Positions 1-10,092 of a stretch of DNA of 64,000 bases are shown here, piece after piece. A model generated the notes under the pieces. The model did not search any database. It worked only from the letters and a program-made list of their open reading frames with translations, and was not told the origin of the DNA. Each line of letters starts with the position of its first letter. Positions within the stretch are counted from its first letter, which is position 1. Origin of the DNA: Candidatus Poribacteria bacterium. GTDB taxonomy: Bacteria > Poribacteria > WGA-4E > JAJDTR01. A program made the translations under genes and the position numbers. The DNA is taken from NCBI GenBank assembly GCA_965204085.1, contig CBDBEE010000002.1:840913-904912 (forward strand), written 5' to 3'.

Positions 1-94
1 AGCGGCTAGTTTCAGGTGTGTTTGTGCTGCTTCAAATACAAGTTGATAGACCGGCAGCGTGCTGTCTAAACCATAGTACGAGGACCAAAAATAA

Positions 95-1543
95 ATGGCA
101 TATTCAAGCCTAAGGGATTTTGTCAAAGCTTTAGAAAGTGCTGGCGAGTTAAAACGAATCAAAGCCAAGGTGTCGCCTGATCTTGAAATCACCGAGATTA
201 CCGACAGAGTGAGCAAATCAGGGGGACCGGCGCTGCTGTTCCAAAATGTAGAGGGGAGTGAGATGCCACTCCTAATCAATGCTTTCGGCTCTAATCGGCG
301 GATGGCGATGGCGCTCGGAGTGGACACGCTGGATGAAGTCGCCGATGAAATCGAAGGCATGATTAAGCTTGGTGCCCCAGAGTCCCTTCTAGACAAGGTG
401 AAAATCCTGGGTGTTCTCGCCAAACTAACCAACTTTCCTCCCAAGACCGTTAGGCGTGGGGTGTGTCAGGAAGTTGTATTGACGGGCGACCAAGTATCCC
501 TAACTGCCTTGCCAATCATCAAGTGTTGGCCCATGGATGCGGACAAATACATCACGCTTCCGCAGGTTTTCACACACAGCCTGAAGACAGGACAGCGCAA
601 CGTCGGAACATATCGTCTGCAAAGACTCGACGACCAAACGCTCGCTATGCACTGGCAGATTCATCACGATGGTGCCGCGCATTATCGTGAATATCAGGAA
701 GCGGGAGAGCGGATGCCGGTCGCGGTTGCTATCGGAGGAGACCCGGTGATGTCATACATCGGAACTGCTCCACTGCCAACGGGGATTGACGAACTCCTGT
801 TTGCAGGTTTCCTCCGAAAATCGAATGTACCCATGGTGCAGTGTAAAACTATCGACATGAGTGTGCCTGCAGACGCCGATATTGTTCTTGAGGGATATAT
901 CGAGCCCGGTGAAACCTGTGTTGAAGGCCCGTTCGGAGATCACACAGGCTTCTATTCACTTGCTGATGAATACCCAGTATTCCACCTCACCGCCATCGCA
1001 CACCGAAAGAACCCTATCTATCAGACGATTATTGTCGGCAAACCACCAATGGAAGATTGCTACATGGGGAAGGCAACCGAGCGTATATTTTTGCCGTTGA
1101 TTCGAACTCAACTACCAGAGGTCGTAGATATGAACCTCCCGCTGTTTGGCGTGTTTCATAATTTTTGCCTCATTTCAATTGACAAACGCTACCCATTCCA
1201 CGCTAAGAAAATCATGCATAGCATATGGGGGCTCGGACAACTCATGTTCAGCAAGACCATCATTGTCGTTGATAAGCATGTTGATGTGCAAAATGTGGAG
1301 GAGGTGTTCTTTTACGTAGGGAGTAATGTGGACGCGAAGCGGGATGTAACCATCGTGGAAGGACCTGTCGATGTGTTGGATCATGCCGCTCCGCTAATCG
1401 GGGCGGGATCCAAAATGGGCATTGACGCAACGACAAAGTGGCGGGAGGAAGGCTACGAGCGCGAATGGCCCGACGAGATTGAGATGTCTCGGGAAACCCA
1501 AGATCTTGTGACTAGCCGTTGGAAAACGTATGGACTCGGATAA
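95..1543 (+). CDS. UbiD-family decarboxylase (3-octaprenyl-4-hydroxybenzoate carboxy-lyase-like)
   Basis: 482 aa. The N-terminus MAYSSLRDFVKALESAGELKRI matches the conserved UbiD N-terminus, and the length is typical. Confidence 0.85.
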   Translation: MAYSSLRDFVKALESAGELKRIKAKVSPDLEITEITDRVSKSGGPALLFQNVEGSEMPLLINAFGSNRRMAMALGVDTLDEVADEIEGMIKLGAPESLLDKVKILGVLAKLTNFPPKTVRRGVCQEVVLTGDQVSLTALPIIKCWPMDADKYITLPQVFTHSLKTGQRNVGTYRLQRLDDQTLAMHWQIHHDGAAHYREYQEAGERMPVAVAIGGDPVMSYIGTAPLPTGIDELLFAGFLRKSNVPMVQCKTIDMSVPADADIVLEGYIEPGETCVEGPFGDHTGFYSLADEYPVFHLTAIAHRKNPIYQTIIVGKPPMEDCYMGKATERIFLPLIRTQLPEVVDMNLPLFGVFHNFCLISIDKRYPFHAKKIMHSIWGLGQLMFSKTIIVVDKHVDVQNVEEVFFYVGSNVDAKRDVTIVEGPVDVLDHAAPLIGAGSKMGIDATTKWREEGYEREWPDEIEMSRETQDLVTSRWKTYGLG

Positions 1544-1703
1544 AATCAAGAATCGAAAAAGGTACAGTGCCTCAAAAGCTCAGCGGAATACCTTCACTGT
1601 ACCAATTACGGTGGTTTCCTTTACGCTTCGTGGTCAGCAAGAGATGGTGGCACAGGACGGACGAGACAAGCAAGGTTAGGTATGGCAAGAGGACTGGCAA
1701 TCA

Positions 1704-2054
1704 TTAGCCATCTTCGGCGGCTGTGGCACCCGACGCTTCGGGCGCGCTCGGTGGCGTTGCGGCTGGGGGATTTTGTGCCACACGGACATAAATCATCCTG
1801 AGATTGTACAGTGTACCTTCTAGAAATTCCCCCTCAGAAGCGGTAAGATTGCCCTGCGTTTTTTCCTTAAGCAGTTCAATTGTATCAATCATGCGTTTCG
1901 CCATGCTAAGATCGACTGTTGCATCGTCTACCTCGGAGGTGCGCAGTTGGCCCAATTGGGCAGAAGCCGCCAGTGCAAATTCGGAAATCAGGGAGGTGAA
2001 ATTAACTGGGGGCAATTGTGGTATTTCTTCCTGAATTGTCTCTTTTTCTTCCAT
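1704..2054 (-). CDS. hypothetical conserved small protein (possibly DUF1844-like)
   Basis: 116-aa ORF, acidic, with an Ala/Pro-rich C-terminal tail. I recognise no catalytic motif. Confidence 0.4.
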   Translation of the reverse strand: MEEKETIQEEIPQLPPVNFTSLISEFALAASAQLGQLRTSEVDDATVDLSMAKRMIDTIELLKEKTQGNLTASEGEFLEGTLYNLRMIYVRVAQNPPAATPPSAPEASGATAAEDG

Positions 2055-2190
2055 GGTCTATGGTTTCTTTAATGGTTAAGCGCGAGACTAACAGGGCATC
2101 TTGAATGCCATACGCTGAAAATCGGTGATAACTCGTTTACAGGTTATACCTCCTCGCTCCCTCAAGAGAACTTAGGATTTTTCATGGCGC

Positions 2191-2580
2191 TCAATCATCA
2201 CCAAATACAATGATTTGCGTCATCAAAGCCCCTGCCTGATTATTGTTTTCCGAATTTTCATTCATTGCAAGGAAGATTACCCCGTCGGCGGGAGAAGGGT
2301 TGTCATATCGCGAACCCACGGCAAAAATAACATCGTCGATTTTGGCAAGGAGAGCGCCAATGTTTGCACCGGGGAAGAGATAACCCTCTCCACCAGGGGA
2401 ATTGGCAACTCCCTCTCCCCCACACCACCCGATCCGATTTCCCAAATCGGGTGACCATGCCCCCTCTGTATCAATGACAAGTCGCTGTCCTTTTTTGATG
2501 CGAACGTATGATTCTTGCCACTCAGGGCTTGGACGTGCTGTCCGAATTACTGTTAATGCCACTAAAACCTCCTTATACAA
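2191..2580 (-). CDS. PA-IL/LecA-like lectin-fold domain protein
   Basis: 129 aa. It has a GAWSPDLG...GALLAKID...AMNENSENNNQAG pattern resembling the LecA galactophilic lectin (GWASYGP...GALVMKIG...IYNDVPGTYGNNSG). No signal peptide. Confidence 0.45.
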   Translation of the reverse strand: MYKEVLVALTVIRTARPSPEWQESYVRIKKGQRLVIDTEGAWSPDLGNRIGWCGGEGVANSPGGEGYLFPGANIGALLAKIDDVIFAVGSRYDNPSPADGVIFLAMNENSENNNQAGALMTQIIVFGDD

Positions 2581-2685
2581 TCTCTTAGATTACGCAATTT
2601 ACTAAGCCACACTTCTGAATTGGCGCGCGCATTACCAAATGTTGCTAGCGATTATGCGCAAAGTTAGAAAACGATGACCAAACAT

Positions 2686-3282
2686 CTATTCTTTCGGGCG
2701 GAGGGTTGCGGACACAATTTTATCATTCTGCTCAATTTTGTCTAATACTTCAAGTCCGTTGACAACTCGCCCAAAGATGGTGTGTGGTTCGTCGGTCTCT
2801 AGAGTGTCAAGACAGATATAAAACTCGGACGCATGAGATTCTGCGCCATCTCCTGCCATTGCAACCGCCCCTCTTTTATATTGCTGATTGCTCGTCTCCA
2901 ACGGCATGGTTTCATTTAGCCGTGCGGAGCCTGCTTGGATGAGTTGACCTGCCTCGACACGATGAAAGGGTTCATCATCGTAGAATTTCAGCCGCACGTT
3001 CTTAGCGAAGTTTTTAGCCGTTTGGGGGGCATCGTCGGCATAAAACTCTATCTCAATATCTCCTTTGTCGGTCTTGAGAAGAGCCGTGAGATTCCGAACA
3101 TCAGCCTGTTGCGGTTTTTCTTGTGGAGCTGATTGAACTCTAGTCGTACGCGCTCTGGGCTTCGGCGCTTCTTTCCGCTCCTGTGTGCAGCCCGTCAAGA
3201 ATAGTGGAGCTATAAACACAATGACACAAATGACAGAAAGGTAGATTGTACCGCTCGTGTGTTTGCTATTCAGATTTGACAT
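2686..3282 (-). CDS. peptidyl-prolyl cis-trans isomerase, cyclophilin type, lipoprotein
   Basis: Signal peptide with LTGC lipobox. Cyclophilin motifs FHRV, GAVAMAG and EFYICL are present. Confidence 0.85.
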   Translation of the reverse strand: MSNLNSKHTSGTIYLSVICVIVFIAPLFLTGCTQERKEAPKPRARTTRVQSAPQEKPQQADVRNLTALLKTDKGDIEIEFYADDAPQTAKNFAKNVRLKFYDDEPFHRVEAGQLIQAGSARLNETMPLETSNQQYKRGAVAMAGDGAESHASEFYICLDTLETDEPHTIFGRVVNGLEVLDKIEQNDKIVSATLRPKE

Positions 3283-3844
3283 ATTCTGATCTCGCCTCCA
3301 ATTTTACGGTCTTCATTACATCGCCGACTCTAAGTTTGTCGACGACATCCATGCCTTTAATCACTTGCCCAAATGTTGTGTACCGACCGTCGAGAAATGA
3401 CTGTGGTTTCAGACAGATGTAGAACTGACTCCCCGCGGAATTCGGTGCACCTGTTCGTGCCATCGCAACTGTTCCTCTGAGATGGGGACGTTGATTCGGG
3501 TTGGTATACTCATCAATGATGGTATAACCGGGGCCGCCCGTGCCATCTCCGTCTGGATCACCTCCTTGAATTATACTCAAGCTCTCTGTGTTTTCCCTAC
3601 GATGAAAAGTGAGACCATCATAAAACCGTTTTCCAACCAAGTTTGTGAAATTCTCGACCGCTACCGGAGCGGAATCGGGGAAGAATTCAATTACGAATTT
3701 TCCCTGCCGAGTTTGGACCACGGCTACCTGTTCTTCCTGCTCGTCAATTGGTTCGTCGGTGGCTTTGCGGATAGCACATCCTATCAAGGCGTAGCAGGAT
3801 ATTACTACCAACATGAAACTCGCTGTCCTAAAATGTCTTTGCAT
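3266..3844 (-). CDS. peptidyl-prolyl cis-trans isomerase, cyclophilin type (tandem paralog)
   Basis: Signal peptide with IGC lipobox. Motifs FHRRE, GTVAMARTG and QFYICL are present. It overlaps the downstream paralog by 17 nt. Confidence 0.85.
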   Translation of the reverse strand: MQRHFRTASFMLVVISCYALIGCAIRKATDEPIDEQEEQVAVVQTRQGKFVIEFFPDSAPVAVENFTNLVGKRFYDGLTFHRRENTESLSIIQGGDPDGDGTGGPGYTIIDEYTNPNQRPHLRGTVAMARTGAPNSAGSQFYICLKPQSFLDGRYTTFGQVIKGMDVVDKLRVGDVMKTVKLEARSEYVKSE

Positions 3845-3901
3845 ACACTTTCCGTCTTACTTAGAATATTTGTTGCTCGCCATTTACCTAATTGCGCTAT
3901 A

Positions 3902-4798
3902 CTAGAGATTAACAGTGCCACCATTTTCCATTACAAGAGGGAAAACCGCACCGGTCAATTTTTCCCCGTCTGGGATGTTGACAAAAGGCTTCATTGGATG
4001 GTCGCCGTTAGCATCATATCGCGTTTCGTCTGTCATATAATGAATCCCAATTGCGCGGCGCGGATTCCCGCTCGTGTTTGCGTGGGAAGCGTGCCAAGTT
4101 AAGGAGTGGTGATAATGGACATGACCTTTACGCACAGGGCACAACTTAACCTCAATAGCATTGCCTTCAAAACTGGAAGGCATGGCATCTAACTCCTTGA
4201 CCGTATGCAAAAACTCAATTTGATTTCCCCACTGGTATGATTGCGCAGCCATGCGCATGCAACCATTTGATTCGTCAACATCATCTAAAGCGACCCATGC
4301 TGTTACCTGGCTTGTCTTTGGGCTTAAGATTGGCCAATATGGCGAGTCTTGGTGCCATGAATTGACCCCGCCTACTTCGGCAGGTTTGTACTGAATCTGA
4401 TCGTGCCAAATGCGTAGTTCCTCTGCTCCAGTCAACTGCGCAATTTCTTCAACTATTTTTGGATTATGGGCCAACTGGCGAAAGTGCTCGCTCGCTTGCC
4501 AAATATTTACTATTTGCCAGACAGGAGCCATTTCATCACGAGAGAGATTAACGATTCTCACAGGCTGCGGAACAGGTGCGTCTTGATCCTTAATCACTCG
4601 GTTAAGCTCTTCTTGCAGAACCCCAACTTCATTGGCCTCCAGAATCCTTTCGCCAAGCAGAAAACCGTTTAAGCGAAACTCCTCAACTTGAGCCTTTCTG
4701 AGCACTTCTCTCTCCTTCTGCAGATAGCATTTAACTATACTAGCACACAATTTGCGTGTGGTAAAGCAAAATCTACCGCTAGTCAAGAAAAGCCCCAT
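3902..4798 (-). CDS. phytanoyl-CoA dioxygenase (PhyH) family protein
   Basis: The WHQDSPYWP iron-binding motif is typical of PhyH-like 2OG-Fe(II) oxygenases. Confidence 0.8.
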   Translation of the reverse strand: MGLFLTSGRFCFTTRKLCASIVKCYLQKEREVLRKAQVEEFRLNGFLLGERILEANEVGVLQEELNRVIKDQDAPVPQPVRIVNLSRDEMAPVWQIVNIWQASEHFRQLAHNPKIVEEIAQLTGAEELRIWHDQIQYKPAEVGGVNSWHQDSPYWPILSPKTSQVTAWVALDDVDESNGCMRMAAQSYQWGNQIEFLHTVKELDAMPSSFEGNAIEVKLCPVRKGHVHYHHSLTWHASHANTSGNPRRAIGIHYMTDETRYDANGDHPMKPFVNIPDGEKLTGAVFPLVMENGGTVNL

Positions 4799-4807
4799 TA
4801 AAATTGG

Positions 4808-4836
4808 TTGACATTGAACTTTCAGCGAAGTATAAT
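4808..4836 (+). promoter_or_regulatory. perfect consensus sigma70 promoter, TTGACA(4808-4813)-17 nt-TATAAT(4831-4836)
   Basis: Read directly from the sequence. It lies in the divergent intergenic region and points toward trpS. Confidence 0.7.
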
Positions 4837-5005
4837 GACGAGGCTATCATCATTGCATTTTGAAGGTTGTCAACTCCCCATGTCGCATATTTGGCAGTAC
4901 AATTATGTGGACGCATCTAATACTTTGCCTTGGCGTTTTGGCTGCGGGGTGGAGGTGCGACTAGAGCATTGAAACTAAATCTATAGTTCGCAAAGCCTTC
5001 TAAAA

Positions 5006-5038
5006 GCCGCAGGTGAAACCAATGCCCGCGGCTTTTTT
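5006..5038 (+). terminator. GC-rich hairpin plus U-tract (intrinsic terminator or attenuator) inside the trpS leader
   Basis: The sequence is gccgcagg-tgaaaccaat-gcccgcggc followed by tttttt. It lies about 60 nt upstream of the trpS ATG and about 165 nt downstream of the predicted transcription start. Confidence 0.55.
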
Positions 5039-5098
5039 GTTTTCAATGAACCGAATGTACGTGGAACAGGACTAGGATTTCATGGCAAGGAGAACAAA

Positions 5099-6094
5099 AT
5101 GAATCGTATTGCTTTAACGGGTATTAAGCCAACGGGACCGCCACATATCGGTAACTACCTTGGGATGATTAAACCTGCGCTGGAATTGGCTGAGGACCAT
5201 CAAGCGCTCTATTTCTTGGCTGATTACCACGCGCTCACGACTGTGAAGGATCGAGAGCAGTTGATTCAGCTAACCTACGAGGTTGTGGCTGCGTGGATAG
5301 CTTTAGGATTAAATCCTGATGAGGTCATATTTTACCGTCAGTCAGACATCATCGAAGTATTTGAGTTGACGTGGATTCTGAACTGTTTCGCCGCTAAGGG
5401 TTTGCTCAATCGAGCACACGCATACAAAGCTGTTGTAGACGAAAATCTTAAAGCCGGACGCGATCCCGACAAGCAAATCAACATGGGGTTATTTAACTAT
5501 CCTGTGCTTATGGCCGCGGACATTTTGCTATACGGGAGCCACGTAGTCCCGGTTGGATTAGATCAGAAGCAGCATCTTGAAATGACACGGGATATTGCAA
5601 CAGCTTTTAACAAGAATTACGGCGAGATCCTAGTACTTCCTGAAGCGTCAATCAAAGAGGAGGTCATGACTATTCCGGGAACTGACGGACGCAAGATGAG
5701 TGCAAGCTACAACAACACGCTGCCTGTTTTTGCGTCTCCGAAAGAGTTGCGCAAACGAGTGATGCGGATCGTTACAGATTCCAAGCGACCGGAAGATCCG
5801 AAGGATCCAGAGTCGTGTAATGTATTTGCAATCTATCGTCATTTTGCTGCACCGAACGCCGTAGAATCTACACGGAAGCGGTATTTCCAAGGTGGTCTGG
5901 CGTATGGGGAGATTAAAGCAGAATTGTACGAATTACTAGAATCCACCTTTGGAAGCGCCCGCGAGAAATATAGCGAGTTACTGATGGATCGGGATGAAAT
6001 TGACCGAATTTTGATGAAAGGTGCAGAAGAAGCACGCGCCATTTCCATGCCGATTATTGAGAGGGTGCGTGAAGCCGTTGGAGTTGCAAAGTAG
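5099..6094 (+). CDS. trpS: tryptophan--tRNA ligase
   Basis: HIGH motif (TGPPHIGNY), KMSAS motif, 331 aa, and an AGGAG ribosome-binding site. Confidence 0.95.
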   Translation: MNRIALTGIKPTGPPHIGNYLGMIKPALELAEDHQALYFLADYHALTTVKDREQLIQLTYEVVAAWIALGLNPDEVIFYRQSDIIEVFELTWILNCFAAKGLLNRAHAYKAVVDENLKAGRDPDKQINMGLFNYPVLMAADILLYGSHVVPVGLDQKQHLEMTRDIATAFNKNYGEILVLPEASIKEEVMTIPGTDGRKMSASYNNTLPVFASPKELRKRVMRIVTDSKRPEDPKDPESCNVFAIYRHFAAPNAVESTRKRYFQGGLAYGEIKAELYELLESTFGSAREKYSELLMDRDEIDRILMKGAEEARAISMPIIERVREAVGVAK

Positions 6095-6222
6095 ATTTCA
6101 CGTGCCAGTTGGTGTACGACATCATGAATGCATATCTGGCGATTGGAATACACGAGGCAATCGAGCGGCACTTGCGAGCAACTTGGAATTGACCAAGGTA
6201 AACCCCGACCGAAGGTAGTGAC

Positions 6223-6990
6223 ATGGTTGCACTGATCACGAAAGAGTTACGTTACTATGCAAGTCAGCGAAGGTACAGGCGAATTCAACTAATCATAATC
6301 GGCTTGCTTTCCCTGATACTTGTTGGCGCAGCAATCGAGTTATTTGCGTATACACAAACAGGCGGACGAATCAATGTTGGCTACGGGATTTACTCGATAT
6401 TGGTGGTGGCTCTTTTCATATTACTACTGTGTTTTGTTGTTCCATTTCAAGCAATCGAAGCATTTCAGATTGAGTTTCGAAGTTCTAATCTCGATCTTCT
6501 CAAAATGAGTCCTCTTAGCCCTTTGATGTTAATGGCAGTAAAACTCCTGGGTTCGGTTATCGCGGCCCTTTGGACGATATGGCTCGTTGTGCCGCTGTTT
6601 TGTCTGTCAATCTACGCAGGCGGTTTAACCCTAAATCAATTGCTTACATGTGGTTTGATATTCATCGCTTGCATATCGCTTTTTTCGATGATTGGCATAT
6701 ACTTTGTGCTTTCGTCGAACTCTATTCAGGCAAGGACGCGGAGTGTCGCAACGATTTTGCTCATTACCTTCCTTCCACTAATTTCATCTCGTACACTTCC
6801 CGTTGATGATGTCCTCGTAAACTTGCTAAATTCCCTGAGCCCTCTGAGTGTCCTGTTATCGATTATTGGAAAGCATCGGGACGCATTAATAATAGGTCTC
6901 CCGCTGTGGTCATGGATGGTGTGCCTCTATTTTTTGGCATCGACTATTCTGTTTTGGCTCACAGCGAAACGGCATATGGGCACGGTTTAA
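6223..6990 (+). CDS. polytopic membrane protein (ABC-2-type permease-like), unknown function
   Basis: About six hydrophobic segments. No adjacent ATPase gene. Confidence 0.5.
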   Translation: MVALITKELRYYASQRRYRRIQLIIIGLLSLILVGAAIELFAYTQTGGRINVGYGIYSILVVALFILLLCFVVPFQAIEAFQIEFRSSNLDLLKMSPLSPLMLMAVKLLGSVIAALWTIWLVVPLFCLSIYAGGLTLNQLLTCGLIFIACISLFSMIGIYFVLSSNSIQARTRSVATILLITFLPLISSRTLPVDDVLVNLLNSLSPLSVLLSIIGKHRDALIIGLPLWSWMVCLYFLASTILFWLTAKRHMGTV

Positions 6991-7234
6991 TTCTCCACAC
7001 AGGTCTAGAGGTCAGCGAAATTGCCTTCTACTGCCACCCAATCAGTTGCAGCATCTTCAACTGTTTATCTCCGTCTTTACCACGCCGTTTCAAGACAATA
7101 ATTGACAATCCATCAGGATTGAACATGCACCGATTTCAAACCCCTTCGATTTCGTTCTTGTTGGACGAGTGACTTTCCAAGTCACCGAATCTCCTACGTT
7201 GATGAAGTCATCCGTACGGACATCTGAGAATATC

Positions 7235-7263
7235 TTGCAATCATTTTAACCGGCAAGTATAAT
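7235..7263 (+). promoter_or_regulatory. candidate sigma70 promoter, TTGCAA-17-TATAAT
   Basis: Seen in the sequence about 170 nt upstream of the 7433 ORF. Confidence 0.45.
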
Positions 7264-7432
7264 GATGCCTGTTTCCGCACCATCAGTAGTTTGACGTAGA
7301 TCGGATGACTTTATCCACGATTCTGACCCAATTGTTACCTCGCTTGAGGACACACGTCATCGTCCGTAAAACACCAATCCAGTACCTGACGGTCCGAGTC
7401 CGTAACTCATTGGATTCACGAAGATTTGTATA

Positions 7433-8671
7433 ATGTCTCGAATTTTTTTCGCAATACTCGTAGTTGCTATTATTTATCCACGGTCGATAGAGTCTTCAAA
7501 GGATGGGATCAAACTATCAGGACAATTCCGAACGCGGGGAGAATTAGGCTCCACCGATTTCAATAATGATACCCCTATCGATCGGAATACTCAATTGCGA
7601 GTTCGTCTCAATGCAGCCTTTCAGCCAGCAGAGAGTATCTCAACATTTGTGCAATTTCAAGATTCTCGAATTTACGGTACCGAACCCAACACATTCACGA
7701 ATATTCGCAACGTTGACCTGCATCAAGCATATCTGCAAGTAGACAATTTTATTGCCAAAAAGCTGTCGCTCAAGATGGGACGTATGGAGATGGCGTATGC
7801 AAAAGAACGTCTAGTTGGTACCGTGGATTGGCACAATGTTGGACGCGCTTTTGATGGCACACTGCTGCGTTATGCCCTCAACCAACGGTCCACCTTAGAC
7901 GTTTTTGGAACGAAAATAGTCCAACGTGCAGATTATGAAAATCCCGCAGACACAGGCTTTTATTTTGGCGGACTATATGCTTCCCATCGACCTAAGGAGT
8001 CCTACCGTGTTGACCTCTACATTCTAGGTGAGTTGAATCGACGAGAGACCGGGAATCATGGAGCAGATCTCCAGCGAGTCACAATCGGAACGTACGACAC
8101 GGGAAATTTCAATATGATTGATTATGATATAGAAGCCGCTGTTCAATTCGGCACACGCTATAATGCGTCAACTGAAGAGCGTCAGCGCATATCTGCATTT
8201 ATGTTGACAGGTGCGATCGGTTATACTGTTGATATCGCCTTTAAGCCCTGTATCAAGCTCGGATACGATTACTTATCTGGCGGAGAACCCACGGACGAAA
8301 ATTACAGAGCCTTCGACACGCCGTTTGCCACGAATCACAGATTTTACGGATTGATGGATTACTTCGTGAGTATTCCATTTCATACAGAGGGCAGAGGTCT
8401 GCAGGATATAATGATGAAATTGGAAATTGCACCGAACAGAAAGCTATCAGTCAGAGCAGATGTACATCAATTTATGCCCGCCAAAAGGATAGTGAATGGC
8501 GACAGCTATGGACAAGAGGTGGATGTAACCGCTCTCTATCGTTATCATGAAGTTCTTCGTTTCACGCTTGGTGCCTCTTTATTCATACCAGACGAATTAA
8601 TGCAAACAAGGTTCCGGGGAAATGACAATTTAGCATTTTGGGCATACCTGATGACCACGGCGAATTTCTAG
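7433..8671 (+). CDS. putative outer-membrane beta-barrel protein (alginate-export-like)
   Basis: N-terminal signal peptide. It is rich in alternating aromatic and polar beta-strand patterns and ends in an aromatic residue. The family assignment is tentative. Confidence 0.4.
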   Translation: MSRIFFAILVVAIIYPRSIESSKDGIKLSGQFRTRGELGSTDFNNDTPIDRNTQLRVRLNAAFQPAESISTFVQFQDSRIYGTEPNTFTNIRNVDLHQAYLQVDNFIAKKLSLKMGRMEMAYAKERLVGTVDWHNVGRAFDGTLLRYALNQRSTLDVFGTKIVQRADYENPADTGFYFGGLYASHRPKESYRVDLYILGELNRRETGNHGADLQRVTIGTYDTGNFNMIDYDIEAAVQFGTRYNASTEERQRISAFMLTGAIGYTVDIAFKPCIKLGYDYLSGGEPTDENYRAFDTPFATNHRFYGLMDYFVSIPFHTEGRGLQDIMMKLEIAPNRKLSVRADVHQFMPAKRIVNGDSYGQEVDVTALYRYHEVLRFTLGASLFIPDELMQTRFRGNDNLAFWAYLMTTANF

Positions 8672-8755
8672 AGCCTGTAGCGCCCATTGGCAATTTGGCC
8701 TATCCTGAAAACATCGTCCCCGCCGCATAATGTCTCTTCTAGACAGAACCAACCC

Positions 8756-9963
8756 ATGGAATTCGAGCAATCGGAAAAACACGAAACTGTCCAACAACAG
8801 GTTTACGGATTTTCGCGTGATGAAATCATACCTATTATCGTAGAACATGATAGAAGAGCCGAATTTCCGCATGGATTACTGCCAAAGCTAGCTGCCCACG
8901 GTTTTCTAGGGGTGTGCCTACCAGTACGCTATGGTGGGGCGGGTATGGATTACGGCGCGCTTGCTGTGGTATCGGAGGGATTAGAATGGGCAGATTCTTC
9001 CGTACGTGAAACGATTGCTGTCCACCTTGGACTACACGCTTTACCGATTTTTCAATGGGGAACGACCGCTCAGAAGCAGCATTTCCTGCCTTCGCTAGCC
9101 CATGGCGAAAATATCGGTTGTTTCGGTTTAACAGAGTCAGGATGTGGCTCGGATGTATCTGGATTGAGTTGCCGTGCTCGTAAGGAAGGTGACTACTATA
9201 TATTGACGGGCAAAAAAACCTGGGTTACCCTCGCTAACGTCGCCAACCGCATGTTGGTTTTCGCCAAAACGGATCCTAGCCAAGGGACACGCGGAATTAC
9301 CGCGTTCATTCTAGAACGCGGTTGGGAGGGGATAACTACGGGGACCATTGCGGGCAAGATGGGAGTAAGAGCTAGTGATACAGGCTGGATCAAAATGGAA
9401 AATGTAGCCGTGCCGGAAAGCCATCGATTGGGTGAAGAGGGAGAGGGCTTCAAGATCGCCATGAGTGCACTGGATAATGGTCGTTATACCGTCGCTGCCG
9501 GAGCAGTCGGATTGATGAAATCTTGCCTGCAGGAATCTGTTCGATACGCTCGCAGCCGCAAAACCTTTGGAAAACCCATTGCCGAACACCAACTCGTTCA
9601 ACAAATGATTGCTCTAATGCAGCAGCGCATCGATCTGGGCGAATTGCTAGTGCAAAAAGTGGCATATCTGAAAATCGTGGTATGCGCAACACCCGCGAAA
9701 CGAGCATGGCAAAATGGTACTGCACAGAATCTGCGAACGCTACAGCCAATGATGCCGTGCAAATTCACGGAGCATACGGTTATTCTGATGAGTGCAGCGT
9801 CGAACGCCACCTCCGGAACAGCAAAAGTGCAACGATTTATGAGGGCACCTCTCAGATTCATCAACTGATGCAGGCTGGTTATGTCTTTGGGTTTAGGGAG
9901 GATAAACCGTTGCGCTGCGAATTACCTGCCTACGATTCCGATTTCTGGCAAGTTGATGCATAG
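8756..9963 (+). CDS. acyl-CoA dehydrogenase, interrupted by a frameshift near 9671
   Basis: The N-terminal and middle ACAD domains sit in frame 2, in the ORF ending 9868. The C-terminal ACAD part ([11 protein letters not shown]...[10 protein letters not shown]) is in frame 1, ORF 9523-9963. The switch happens at an A4 run, where an A5 run would restore [17 protein letters not shown]. Confidence 0.8.
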
Positions 9964-10092
9964 TTAATCAATTCAATGCAGTCGGGAAGAACTACCATCC
10001 CATTGAACGGATCTCACCTCACACGTTAGATATTGCCTGATGATTGGTTTAGAGGTTCCGGTTTTGCCAGCTTGCGTTCACGAGGTCTTTTA

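Noticed and set aside
4843-5040. Confident T-box riboswitch call for the trpS leader
   Set aside because: Only a partial GGGUGG core is present. I could not identify a specifier loop, an antiterminator or conserved stem I features by eye. It is reported as a candidate attenuator or small RNA.
9523-9963. 146-aa ORF and 103-aa ORF 48443-48754 as independent genes
   Set aside because: They are the C-terminal part of the acyl-CoA dehydrogenase and the N-terminal part of the IolD-like enzyme, each separated from the rest by a single-base frameshift.
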